Shown here: positions 10,233 to 37,320 of the stretch, piece after piece
Layout: each line of letters starts with the position of its first letter
Numbering within the stretch: position 1 is the first letter of the stretch
From: Zootoca vivipara
Lineage: Eukaryota
Assembly (NCBI RefSeq): GCF_963506605.1
Contig: NC_083282.1
Coordinates: 43,276,001-43,340,000, forward strand
Direction of reading: 5' to 3'
DNA: 64,000 bases
The notes under the pieces: generated by a model
Databases searched by the model: none
Seen by the model: the letters and a program-made list of their open reading frames with translations, nothing else
What the model was told of the DNA's origin: nothing
Position numbers and translations under genes: made by a program

Positions 10233-10418
10233 CAGGGCCGGCTCTACATAGCCCCCCGGTGGCGCAATGCACCATGGCGGGGGGCTGGTAAGCTGGGCGC
10301 CGGCCTGGCAAGGAGGGCGCCGCGCGGAAACCAATTGCGCCCTGCGAGGGCGGGGCGGGCGGCGGAGCGATCTCCGCCCCTCAGCACCAGGGCGCGCAAT
10401 CTGATCAAGACGGCCCTG
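10233..10418. mobile_element. hAT-type MITE (GC-rich)
   Basis: Termini CAGGGCCG...CGGCCCTG with a perfect 8-bp TSD CTCAGGAA. Confidence 0.85.
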
Positions 10419-12291
10419 CTCAGGAATAATTATTACTAAGTTCAACTGAGTTTTTGTGTTAAATAGCACATTTAGAATTGCAGCATTGTGATGCAAATCA
10501 CAAATGCGAAGTACATCCCATTAAAATCAGTAAATTTTATTTCTGAGTAACATCCTTAGGAGGATAACAAAGCATGTGAAAAGCGTGTTGTTGACTTTTA
10601 CTTGGAAAACTGCCAGCCTCTCCAAACAGCCCGAGCCCAATATCCTCAGTTCCAGAATTCTGGATCTTACGCAAGACTGATCTGGCAACTGTTTCAGAGG
10701 CAAATACAAACAAAACAAAAAAATAGGCTAGGAGTTTAAAAGGGTGGGGGAGTGAGTTTGTTTGTGTGTATGTGGTTGCTTGACAATGATAAAAAGTCAG
10801 GTTCTGGCATTCTCTTCTAATACTGAATCAGATTTCATGTCTCAAGCAGAGGGCATATTTCCACACAAATTCATTGTAGCCATGTACAGTCATACATTGG
10901 AAGTCGAACAGAATCGGTTCTGGAAGTCCTTTGGCTTCCAAAACCAAAGCGCAGCTTCTGATTGGATGCAGGAAGCTCCTGCAACCAATCTGAAGCCGCG
11001 GAAGCCCCGTCGGATGTTCGGATTCCAAAAATAGTTTGCATACCGGGACACTCACTTCCGGGTAAGTGGTGTTTTGGAGCTAAAACGTTCGAGAACTAAG
11101 CTGTTCAGTATGACTGTATCTTAAAAGGTTATGTGTGGGTATTGGATGGAGTCATCTAGACTAATTCCCTGCAATGCAGGAATCCTGCCCACAGCTGCCT
11201 CCAGGTGGGCTTGAATCACCAATGTGTCTAGATAACATCTTTGTAAAATGCAGTTATTATTTGCATATTATGGATTGAGAAGAGAAACTAAATGAATATG
11301 GCTTGGATACAGGTACCCATGGAACATTTGACAATAGCACATTCCTTTCAAGCCAATCCTATACATGTCTACTCAAAAGTAAGCAGCACTGAGTTCAGTG
11401 GGAGTCACTCTCAGATAAATGTGTAGAAGGCAATGTTCTTTGGTTGGTACACAACCAAATCATACTTAGAGTAGACATGGTGAAAGAATAGACTGGCGTT
11501 CAATTGGTCTACTGTAAGTAGGACTTTGTTGGATGCCAGCCTCTCGATTCCAGCCTCAACATGTTCATGTTAACTCACATGGAAACAAAACTATAGCATT
11601 AGATTAGCTGCATTCTCCTTGAATGCAGGGGCAATGCAGCTCTACTGCATTTCCATTGCTCTGCAAGAAGGAAAAAAAATTCAAAACATCGAACCCTTTA
11701 ACATTGCTCCATGCAAAAGAATAACTGACACCTCTTCATATATTCTCTTGTACAAACATGTCCAGCTGTTTGTTTCTCCCTACTCTGTTGCTTCCAAATG
11801 AGTTTAAGCAATTTTTTCATTACAGCAGAGTAAAATTGGTTTCGTCTGCTTATCTTCTTCCTGAGTGTTTTGTTGCAGTGCAGTGCACCACAGCACAGCG
11901 CAGGAGAAGTACGCTGGAAGAACTGCTGAAGAAGAGACCTCAAAGGCCTAAAACATTTCAGTCATCAGACTCTTTTTCAGGGATAACTGTAAAGCAAAAA
12001 CACACACACAGCTCATGTAACAGATCAGGGACCAAACTGCTGGAAAAAAGAAGAGAAGGGGGGATAGCTAACCTGGCACACTCCAGATGTTGCTGGACCA
12101 CATCTCCCATCATCCTTCAATAAAGAGTTAACTTCACTGGCCTCAGTAGATTAATTGTTTCATTGCTGACCTACTCCTAGCTCCAACCCTGACAGATGGC
12201 TTTTGTGTAGGAGAAGCCTGTTTGGTCACATGCACCTTGTCAAATGAGAATGCATAAGTTGGGGAGAGGGTGGTCTCACTGTTGCTGTAAC

Positions 12292-12437
12292 CAGTGCTTT
12301 TCCCCCTCTAAAAATGTTTAGGGGTGCTCTCATTTTCCTACTCATATTGAAATACTACCCCTCAATGAGGCCAAACTTAGATTTACAAAATGTTTAGGGG
12401 CATGCGTTTCCCCCCCCCCAGAAAAAAAAAAGCACTG
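12292..12437. mobile_element. MITE (CAGTGCTTTT...AAAAGCACTG family)
   Basis: Terminal inverted repeats; a related copy at about 63677-63851 shares AAAATGTTTAGGGG and CCAGAAAAAAGCACT. Confidence 0.65.
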
Positions 12438-13124
12438 GCTGTAAATGTTCTGCAGGGTACAAATGTGAAGACAGCTGCCTAGAGGCTATTAGTGTGCGCA
12501 CATTGGCGAGTAGCTGTACATGTGTACTTTTGTCAATAATGAATTAAGTATTAGAGATGAGCCTTCCTAGGTTGGGGGTGCCTAGGTCAAGGGATACATC
12601 GACACAAGGAAAGAACAAAAACAACAATTTAGAATTAGGAATAATTCCATAGAAGGTCAAACGGCGATAATATATCATTCTGACACACATACCAGTTTCA
12701 GTTTATACAACCAGGGAGTCTTTGACTCCTCCAAATACAGTCCAGTCCTTCCCCTACACATGCTATTGGGTGTGCATACAGCCTTCCTGCAAATGCAGCT
12801 CTCCATGAACAGGAAGGCTAGTGATGAAGGAAGGGGAAGTGTGGGAAGGTAGGGAAGAGGGGAGTCCCAGATCTGCCCTTAGAGAGAAGCTTGGGTAAAT
12901 CAAAGGAGGAACTTGAGCACTATGCTGCAATCATCAGTTTTATTCTGTCAGTACATGTCTGTTTAATAAACAGTTGAGAGGGCTATAGTAGAGCCAAACC
13001 AGATGATATGCAAGTGATCCACTCCTGGATACAGGTAGGTCGCCGTGTTGGTCTGCCGTAGTTGAAACAAAATTTTAAAAATTCCTTCCAGTAGCACCTC
13101 AGAGACCAACTAAGTTTGTTATTG

Positions 13125-13162
13125 GTATGAGCTTTCGTGTGCATGCACACTTCTTCAGATAC
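13125..13162 (-). ncRNA. Minimal type I hammerhead ribozyme motif (minus strand)
   Basis: Exact reverse complement of 13200-13237. Confidence 0.7.
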
Positions 13163-13199
13163 ACCCTCTCACTAAGGGTCTGGTGACTTCTGTTTCAGT

Positions 13200-13237
13200 G
13201 TATCTGAAGAAGTGTGCATGCACACGAAAGCTCATAC
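13200..13237 (+). ncRNA. Minimal type I hammerhead ribozyme motif
   Basis: GUAU-CUGAAGA-A-GUGUG(CAUG)CACAC-GAA-AGCU-C-AUAC: stem I GUAU/AUAC, CUGANGA and GAAA core boxes, stem II, palindromic AGCU in place of stem III, and a CUC cleavage triplet. Confidence 0.7.
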
Positions 13238-13271
13238 CAATAACAAACTTAGTTGGTCTCTAAGGTGCTAC

Positions 13272-14658
13272 AAGTTTGGAAAACTCAGCAATGGCCAGAG
13301 GATTGGAGAAGATCAGTCTACATCCCAATTCCAAAGAAGGGCAGTGCCAAAGAATGCTCCAACTACCGCACAATTGCGCTCATTTCACACGCTAGCAAGG
13401 TTATGCTTAAAATTCTACAAGGCAGGCTTAGGCAGTATGTGGACCGAGAACTCCCAGAAGTGCAAGCTGGATTTTGAAAGGGCAGAGGAACCAGAGACCA
13501 AATAGCAAACATGCGCTGGATTATGGAGAAAGCTAGAGAGTTCCAGAAAAACATCTACTTCTGCTTCATTGACTATGCAAAAACCTTTGACTGTGTCGAC
13601 CACAGCAAACTATGGCAAGTTCTTAAAGAAATGGGAGTGCCTGATCACCTCATCTGTCTCCTGAGAAATCTCTATGTGGGACAAGAAGCTACAGTTAGAA
13701 CTGGATATGGAACAACTGAGTGGTTCAAAATTGGGAAAGGAGTACGACAAGGTTGTATATTGTCTCCCTGCTTATTTAACTTGTATGCAGAATTCATCAT
13801 GTGAAAGGCTGGACTAGATGAATCCCAAGCCGGAATTAAGATTGCCGGAAGAAATATCAACAACCTCAGATATGCAGATGACACAACCTTGATGGCAGAA
13901 AGCGAGGAGGAATTAAAGAACCTTTTAATGAGGGTGAAAGAGGAGAGCGCAAAATATGGTCTGAAGCTGAACATCAAAAAAACCAAGATCATGGCCACTG
14001 GTCCCATCACCTCCTGGCAAATAGAAGGGGAAGAAATGGAGGCAGTGAGAGATTTTACCTTCTTGGGCTCCTTGATCACTGCAGATGGTGACAGCAGTCA
14101 CGAAATTAAAAGACGCCTGCTTCTTGGGAGAAAAGCAATGACAAACCTAGACAGCATCTTAAAAAGCAGAGACATCACCTTGCCGACAAAGGTCCGTATA
14201 GTTAAAGCTATGGTTTTCCCAGTAGTGATGTATGGAAGTGAGAGCTGGACCATAAAGAAGGCTGATCGCCGAAGAATTGATGCTTTTGAATTATGGTGCT
14301 GGAGGAGACTCTTGAGAGTCCCATGGACTGCAAGAAGATCAAACCTATCCATTCTTAAGGAAATCAGCCCTGAGTGCTCCCTGGAAGGACAGATCGTGAA
14401 GCTGAGGCTCCAATACTTTGGCCACCTCATGAGAAGAGAAGAATCCTTGGAAAAGACCCTGATGTTGGGAAAGATTGAGGGCACTAGGAGAAGGGGACGT
14501 CAGAGGACAAGATGGTTGGACAGTGTTCTCGAAGCTACCAACATGAGTTTGACCAAACTGCGGGAGGCAGTGGAAGACAGGAGTGCCTGGCGTGCTATGG
14601 TCCATGGGGTCACGAAGAGTCGGACACGACTAAACGACTAAACAACAACAACAACAAC
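13272..14658 (+). mobile_element. 5'-truncated BovB (RTE clade) LINE
   Basis: Translation WKTQQWPEDW...YRTIALISHASK...FIDYAKTFDCVDH...GVRQGCILSP...LRYADD...HGVTKSRTRLND; (CAA)n tail; 10-bp TSD AAGGTGCTAC (13262-13271 / 14659-14668). Two in-frame TGA stops at expected Arg positions (about 13475 and 13802). Confidence 0.95.
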
Positions 14659-15099
14659 AAGGTGCTACTGGAAAGAATTTTTATTATTATTTTGTTTCCA
14701 CTCCTGGATGTCACTTAGAAACGGTCTTAGGGAGATTTGACATTCATCAGCAATGCAGGGCTCTGTGGCTGTGTAGGTGCCAGTCTTCCTTGTGCCCAAG
14801 CCCTTTCCTCAGGCTAGTAATCCCCATCCAATCCAGTAGCAGGAAACATACAGGTATGAAGGACAATTAACCGTTTGAAAGAGGCAGGATTCTTCCATGG
14901 ACACATTCTTACTTGTTGCTTTGCATTTCTTTGGGCAATGGAGAAAAGTGAGGGAGCTAAGGAGGAGGGGCTGCCAGCAAGGCTGTTATGGTTGCTAGGC
15001 TCTGGCTTGCTTCATTCAGCATCTGCATCCCTGCCCCAGTCTCTGTGCTGCTGCTGCTGCCCCCTCCTCTTCTTCCTCAGAGGCAGTGGAAGCTGAAGG

Positions 15100-15437
15100 C
15101 AGGGGCAGAGGAAGGGGGTGCAGTGGGGGTGGTCCACCCCGGGTGTCACCACTGAGGGGGGTGTCAAAATGCCAGGCAGCACTCACCGCAGGGTCTGCAG
15201 TGTGCCCGAGCCATGTCTCTCCTGGGAGTGACGCAGTGGCTTGGGTGCCCGCAGGCTCTGCGTTGCCCCAAACGGTCTGCCAACCGCTTTCCCCTAAGCT
15301 GTAGGTCAACTGAGTGGGAGGAGGCAGGCAGATTCCTCAGAGGCCCTGCAGAGTATCCTGCCCCAGCAGCTGGCCCCGCCCCTGGGTGCCGGGCATGCGC
15401 GCTGCCCCATGCACCCGATTGGCTTGCTCCGGCACCG
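15100..15437. mobile_element. GC-rich hAT-like MITE
   Basis: 8-bp TSD GCTGAAGG / GCTGAAGC; imperfect TIR CAGGGGCAGAG...CTCCGGCACCG; a related partial copy lies at about 16336-16480. Confidence 0.65.
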
Positions 15438-16618
15438 GCTGAAGCCCTGGGACAACTGAGCGCTGAGGTGTCGACCTTGCAGAAGAAAGTGGCTGTGCTG
15501 GAGGTAGAGCTGGGCACCTGCCAGAGCCATTTGGAGCAGAAGAGCTGCGCCTCAAAGCCCAGACTGGCGTCCTTATTTTCATCGGAGGAATGTTGGAGGG
15601 CATGCAATGCACCTCAGCTCTCATGTGAGAAGATCAGATACAGCAGGAGAGAATACGACGCTCACCAAGCCTTTGTTGCAATCCACTGTCATATGACAGT
15701 AAGAGCTGTTTGTCACCGACTGCTTCAGAAGGTGGTGGACTCTCCTTCATTGGAGATTTTTAAACAGAGGTTGGATGGTCGTTTGCCAAGGCTTCTTTAT
15801 CTCTGCGAGGGTTGAGCTAGGTGGGCCTTGGGGTCCCTTCCAACTCTACAGTTTGATGATTCTATGGAAAGGGGTTAAAGAACCCTACCTATATGCTTTG
15901 GAACAAACAGCGTAAGTTTTTTACAAGTGAGGAGGCTGCCAGTGTCAGGAAGCTTGCAATGCCACTTCAAACATCGGGTTTAAAATCCTCCCATGCTGCT
16001 TACCAAAGGACAGATGCAAGGAAAGGGCATAGCTACAGCAACCACACCCAGGATTCCACAGAAGAATAGCTGCTTTGACTTGGTTCAGGCTGACATCCAC
16101 ATGATCAGTGTAAGAAAAGGAAAATGTCAGTTTTTCATAAAAGGTCAGAAGGCCTTAAACAGTTGCAGCATCTGAAGAGAAGGTTTCAGCAGCTACTAAA
16201 CCGCAGACTCTCTTGGAGGCTTATCTTTATGGACCTGAGGTTAGGACGTCCAAGAACAGAGCAGCTTGCTGCTAGAATGTGGTTTATCTAGATGCTTCAG
16301 CCAGGTGAAATTTGTGCATGCCTAAAGGGTGGTTGCACTGGCGGAGGAAGGGGGTGCAGTAGGTGCAGCCGCCCCGGGTGTCAACCCTGAGGGGGGTGAC
16401 ATCGCCCCACCGGCCCCCTGGGACACTAGGCCCCACCCCCTGGGACGCTCCCACAGGCAGCTAGCCCCGCCCCTGGGTGGTTGAGATGTGGCTTTATCAC
16501 TTGGGTAGATGTGTAAGGGCATAGGAACATGCTTCCTTATAAGGCCCAAAGTAATTAAGGGTGACAGTCTCTGAATTCAGAGGAATGGGAGATATCAAGA
16601 GAGGCAGAGATTTTAGTA

Positions 16619-16859
16619 CAGTGGTACCTCCGTTTAAGAACAGTCCTGTTTAAGAACGATTTGGTTTACAAACTCCGCAAAACCGGAAGTAGTGTCCTGG
16701 TTTGAGAACTTTACATCGGTCTAAGAATGGAACCCGAATGGTGGAAGGGCACCGACAGCGGGAGGCCTCATTAGGGAAAGCACACCTCAGTTTAAGAATA
16801 GTTTCAGTTTAAGAACCGACTTCTGGAACAGATTAAGTTCGTAAGCTGAGGTACCACTG
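16619..16859. mobile_element. Tc1/mariner (Tigger-like) MITE
   Basis: TA-CAGTGGTACCTC...GAGGTACCACTG-TA. Confidence 0.85.
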
Positions 16860-17024
16860 TACTTTAATTAGGCAGTCGTGATAGGCTGTGAATCCTGCAT
16901 GCCCCAACCAATAGGGAGGCAGGGGGAAGGAAAGTTGCGTTCGGTTGAAGGGAACATATACTTGTTTTACTGAACTTGGGTGTGCCTGCTTTCGGACACC
17001 CGTTTCTTGCAAGAAATGTATGTA

Positions 17025-17266
17025 CAGTGGTACCTCGGGTTACAAACACCTTAGGTTACAAACACTTTGGGTTACAGACTCCGCTAACCCAAAAGTAGTC
17101 CCTCAGGTTAAGAACTTTACCTCAGGATGATATCAGAAATTGCACACTGGCGGCACAACGGCAGTGGGAGGCCCAGTTAGCTAAAGTGGTACCTCAGGTT
17201 AAGAATGGTTTCAGGTTAAGAACGGACCTCCGGAACGAATTAAGTTCATAACCAGAGGTACCACTG
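17025..17266. mobile_element. Tc1/mariner (Tigger-like) MITE
   Basis: TA-CAGTGGTACCTC...GAGGTACCACTG-TA; same family as 16619-16859. Confidence 0.85.
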
Positions 17267-18674
17267 TAGATCAATAAACCATTTGCTGCTTCACCAATTT
17301 TGCTCAGATCTTATTTTGAGGGTCCCAGGACCCAGAGTCTCGGGACCGGTGTTATGTTTAAAATATCTCACAGTCAGGCCACTGGGAAAGTGAAACTGGC
17401 GATGAAAGTCTGGGAGGCAGAGGAGGGGAAAGGGTGGGCTTTGCAGCAGTGCTCCTTTGCTTGTTAGGAAGATGTGGGAGGAACTAGCATTGCAGGAGTT
17501 TAGCACTCATGCTGGGCGGCTGAAAGAGCTAGTCTCAGAAGCACTACTGAACCTGCACAGGAAGAGTGGAGGGTCAAAGTAACAGGGTCATCTAAGGCTA
17601 GAAGAGCCCTGCATGCAAAAATTGTCAGCCTTTTTGTTTTCATTCCACTTATACGCCCCCCCCCCCCCCACACACTTTGGTTCAGTTCTTAAAGGCAGGC
17701 CACTTCCAGATAATGTGTCTAGCCATGAGGTGGAAATCAACATTGTTTGAGGTGGAGTGTGCATGCACAGAATGAGGCCCACTCACACAATTACTATTAC
17801 TATTATTATTAATTATGATGATGATTATATGTTAGATTTGTATACCAGCCTTCATCTGAAGGTCACAGGGCAGTTCACATCATAAAAATACAAAAAGAGA
17901 ACACAAAAAAAAACCGTAATACAGTAAAACAAAAACAAATCAACTGGCTCCTTCCCACAATGTCCCACACAATGGCACTTTCCCTTCCCTCCTCCTGCCA
18001 TGCACCTGCTAAATCTGTACTGGGTTCCCCCCCCCAACCCTCCACAGCAGATTTAGGGGTTGTGGGGGTGCATGTGGGGAATAGGGGGCAAACTCATTGC
18101 ATGAGTGGACCTCATTCCATGCATGCAACAACATAGCTGAATCCTGCACCTCCTGAATGTATCCGGAGAAGCTATGCAAGGCTGCATCGAAGCAAGTGCT
18201 ACCCCTCACTTCCCATTGCATTTCCCCACCTCTTTCATTATTTTGGGAGAGTGGGTTTGTGGCACAAGGCTTTCCAATCAGATATATTGGCACAGCCTGA
18301 ATCTGCCGGTATGTGACTGAAACCCGCTCCCCAAATAGCAGCAGCCTGGAAGTGCCCAAAGGAGCATCACTTGGTAGTTGAAACCTCTATACCGTTTATG
18401 GAGCCTGGGTCAACAGCTAAGCCAGAGCTCGGCTCAAGGTGCTTTCTCACCCTCTGTCTCTGTGGACTCACTGAGTCTTCCTACCCCAGCCACTGCTGAG
18501 ACTCACAGTGGAGAAGGAAAACTGGAGAGCAATTTTCTGGGATCCCACCAGGAGTAAATCGCCAGGAGGTGGAGCTAACGTCGCCAGCTTTCCTCAGTAC
18601 AAAATAAAGCCTCTGTTAAATGTTATTTGCGGGCCGGCAAACTACGGCTTCAATGTGCTCGGCCATAAACGGCT

Positions 18675-18680
18675 TTTATT
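18675..18680 (-). terminator. Candidate polyadenylation signal of CYP4B-like paralog B
   Basis: AATAAA on the minus strand about 75 nt past the stop codon. Confidence 0.55.
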
Positions 18681-18754
18681 GAAGCACCAAATGAATTATG
18701 CCACGTTCCGCTCCAAGTCTTCCACCACACGTTATTCCCGCCGCTGTTTCAGAT

Positions 18755-33796
<15,042 letters not shown>

Positions 33797-34608
33797 TGCA
33801 GCAGCAGGAAGGCGTGGAGCAAGTGGGCTTCAGAGCAGGACGCGGCCTCGATCGCGTGTGCCTCCCACGAACAGGCGAAGGCGGCGCTTCCTGCATATTA
33901 TGGATGGCCAATTCCTCGGGGCAAAGTGCATGCAATCGCGCAGTTGCCCAACGTACCGCACCGTCGCCGTCAGAAAGGAAGAAGCAACCGAGGCCTCTGG
34001 GAACCTGGGCGATCGGAGAGATAGGAACAGCTTTCTGCCGCGGGGGCGCAGGGCCGCGTCTGCGGGGAAAGGGTTAAAAAGCGCTGCAACTGGTGCTGCT
34101 GCTGCCACGCGTGGAGCTCCCGAGGCAGATTGCAGCCTCCGTGGTTGCATTAAAACCAACCCAAAAAACCCACGTCACTTATATTGTAGCCGCTGTCCTC
34201 GGTCATGAAAGTATCCAAGCAGAGTTAAATACAAGATGATCCAAAAGTCCGCCCATTCCAGGTAGTATACAGCTATCAGTGATCAGCAGCCCTGGATAGA
34301 CTCTATATCCATGAATTTGCCTAATCCCCATTTAAAACTGTCTAAGTGAGTAGCCACCGACACCACATCTTGTGGCGGCAAGTTCCATTAGTACATTTTT
34401 GTGGTCTGCCTTGAGTCTCTTGCCAATCTGTGTGGTTGGAGGATTATATTTTGTTACATCTCCCGTATAAATATCAGGGCTGTTCCAATACGTTTTACTG
34501 CTGGAGACAAAGCAATGGAACCTACATCCAGAAAGTGCATGTCATGGGGTGGGGTAGAGTGGGTTGAGGGATGGATCCATCTGAAAGATGTTGCACTAAT
34601 AGCCAATA

Positions 34609-34609
<1 letters not shown>

Positions 34610-34660
<51 letters not shown>

Positions 34661-34684
34661 TGATGATGATGATGATGATGATGA
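34610..34684. repeat. Compound (AAT)n(GAT)n microsatellite
   Basis: Seen directly in the sequence. Confidence 0.95.
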
Positions 34685-35847
34685 TACAGTATTTAATAGC
34701 CAAAATATGGGAGAAGAATGATGCACAGGTGGTGTACAGTAGATGCAAATGATACTCCAATGATACACCTGCACCTCCAGGATAGAATCATCAATGAGAT
34801 GGCATTGAGTTGCATCATGGTCAATGCTTGGCCAATGACAGCCAAAGAGGAAAACACAAATAAGGAACTAGTTTAGTTTTCTTCTTACATATTTTGGCTA
34901 TTACTGGCATAGATTCCCGAACAAAATGCTGGACCCGGCAGTTTGCTGTCAACTTGCAGAAGACACTCTTCACAATGTATGGTAATAATAATAATAATAA
35001 TTTATTTATTTATACCCCGCCCATCTGGCTGTGTTTCCCCAGCCACTCTGGGCGGCTTCCAACTGAATATTAAAAACAGTACAGCATCAAACAGCTGACA
35101 CCATGGTGAGGTGGTGGCACTCACTTAAATGTCTGACAGTTGAGTTGCCACTGTTTACCAGGCAAGAGAGGGAGAGGTAGCTGGGAATCTGGTGGTCTTG
35201 CTGGTGTGTTTGCATTGCATTGACCTCCCTCTGCTTCATCCTCTCCTCAGATAAGCAGCAGTGACTCAACAGCCAGGAGGCCACCCCACCGCACTGATAT
35301 GTGGGTAAATAATTTGTGATAGCCCAAAAATTATTGTCAGTTGCTTACCAACAGTTTCTTATTCTGGTCTGCATATTCTGGTTATTGGCACAAGGGCATC
35401 ATGCTTGATAATGTTCTACCCTCAAACAAAAGCATTGGGCCAGTTACAATTCAATGCTGTATTGCAGAGGAATCTCTTATGGGGGTGTGGGCCAAAGATT
35501 TGTAGTGGCCCAAAGACTATTTTAGGGTGCACACCCCTGGCTGCTTAATCACTGTTTTGATTACTATTTGCAGCATCCTGTGTCCAACAAAGTATTGGAC
35601 TCCATTCAATGCTATCTTGTAGTGGACAGTCTCCTGGAGATGTGGGTATATGTTTTATTTGACCTGGTTTACTTTGAGCTGCACAGCCCCAACCCTATAG
35701 TCTCTTATAACAATATTATATTACATTGCACTGGCTATTATTGAAACATTTATAATTTGACATGCCCTTTATGGATTTAGGTGCTGTGCCTCTTAAGAGC
35801 GTTGCTGGTGATTTTTGAAAATTGTTTCTGCAGACTTATGCTAACTT

Positions 35848-36027
35848 AGTTACAGGTAGATAGCTGTGTTGGTCTGACATAGTCGAAACAAAAATAAAAA
35901 TTCCTTCCAGTAGCACCTTAGAGACCAACTAAGTTTGTCATAGGTATGAGCTTTCGTGTGCATGCACACGAAAGCTCATACCTATGACAAACTTAGTTGG
36001 TCTCTAAGGTGCTACTGGAAGGAATGT
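35848..36027. mobile_element. Fold-back Penelope-like element copy 3 (perfect 126-bp palindrome, ribozyme core absent)
   Basis: 12-bp TSD TTATGCTAACTT (35836-35847 / 36028-36039). 35900-35962 is the exact reverse complement of 35963-36025. Confidence 0.82.
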
Positions 36028-36299
36028 TTATGCTAACTTGCTCATGATGCCCACTTTTTATTTTCTAACCCTTCCAAACTATGTTTTTCTAGATCATCTA
36101 AGTGAAATTACCATCAGTGACCATTTTCCTATGGATATATATTAGAGGAACAGGGCTATTATTGTTAGCTCAGATTTATTCACAACTGTCTCAGGTGGTT
36201 GCTTTAAGTGAAACCATAAACAGAACAGAACATGAGACTATGAGAAGCATCTGCTCCAGTGAGATTCAAGGAGACCGGCTCTGAGCCCCAAGTGCATCT

Positions 36300-37320
36300 A
36301 CATCAACGGCCGTCTCACTTTCCGACCGGAAGCTGCTTAGTACGTTTCGGTCATCACTGTACTTAAAACTGACCTAATACCCCAAAGCTATATACAGTAC
36401 TGGCCCTTTAATCATTTCCGTACGTTCTCGCTGTGGGCTGACATTAACTGGCTCACTAGCCAATGAGAATCCCTGAATACATCTACGGTTGAGAGCGGCG
36501 TGACAGGCGAAGAGGAGTTGCCCTTTTGTCCAATAGGAGCGGCCGATGCTGGTAGGCGCCAGAGCAAAGCCGTCCAGTCAGCTTCCTCAACCTTTTTCAG
36601 CCAATGGCAGCGCCTCGTATTGGCCGGCAGGCGCTGAGGGCAAGGAGGAAGCTGCGCTCGCTCAGCTGCCATGGGTCGGGCGGTTGTGGCGGGAGGAGCA
36701 GCCGATAAGAAAGAGGAGCAACGGCACCGCCGGCGTCTGAGGGTGCCGCGCCAGCCCCGCTGAGGCTGCTCTAGGGCGGTCGGGGAAACCTCCGAGACGC
36801 TGAAGCTGGCGAGCCGTGGCCCGGAGTTGGGAGCCCCTCCCGGGTTGCGCTGCTGCCCGGCTTCCCCGGGTCCTGTCCCGGCCCAGCAGAAAAGGATGAA
36901 GAAGCGCAAGGAGCTCAACGCTCTCATCGGACTGGGCGGCGGGAATGGGGACCGGGGAAGCGGGAGCGGCGGCGGCGGCGGGCGCAAAAAGAGACACCCG
37001 AGGAAAGGCTCTGCCTCGGGCCACCGGCTCCTCCGCACCGAGTCCGCCGAGAGCAGCAGCAGCAGTTCTTCCGGCCCGGAGTTCGGGGACGGCTTCGGGC
37101 TCCCGGGCGCCCGCTCCCGCTTTTCCAAGTGAGGCCCGCGAGAGAAGCGGGGAGGGGCTGCGCTTGGGGAGGAGGGGGCGAGGGACCTCGGTCCGTGGAG
37201 AGTCAGGCGTAGCTCGGGCAGGACGAGAGGGGCAGGATCTACGCAAAAGGAGTGTGGAATAGAGTTTTAGATACGATGTGTTATTGGACGCGGGGCTACC
37301 CCGTGCGGGATTTGGGGCTC
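36300..37320 (+). promoter_or_regulatory. CpG island promoter of EFCAB14
   Basis: CpG-rich; CCAAT boxes at about 36460, 36530, 36601 and 36619 (reverse); ETS-like CCGGAAG at about 36326. Confidence 0.8.

Larger units (their letters stand above)
13031..14696. mobile_element. Fold-back Penelope-like element copy 1 (right arm interrupted by BovB)
   Basis: 13-bp TSD TCCACTCCTGGAT (13018-13030 / 14697-14709). Inverted arms at about 13081-13164 and 13198-13271 plus 14669-14680. Confidence 0.8.

Noticed and set aside
10381-10397. TCAGCACC (REST/RE1 left half-site)
   Set aside because: The right half GGACAG is absent and the site lies within a MITE.
13472-13804. In-frame TGA codons in BovB as possible recoding (selenocysteine or read-through)
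   Set aside because: More simply explained by CGA-to-TGA deamination in a 5'-truncated dead copy.
36412-37262. Long ORFs (238 aa, 194 aa) around EFCAB14 exon 1, and similar ones at 33495-34208 and 63066-63673
   Set aside because: Stop-poor CpG-island sequence giving low-complexity Pro/Arg/Ala translations.
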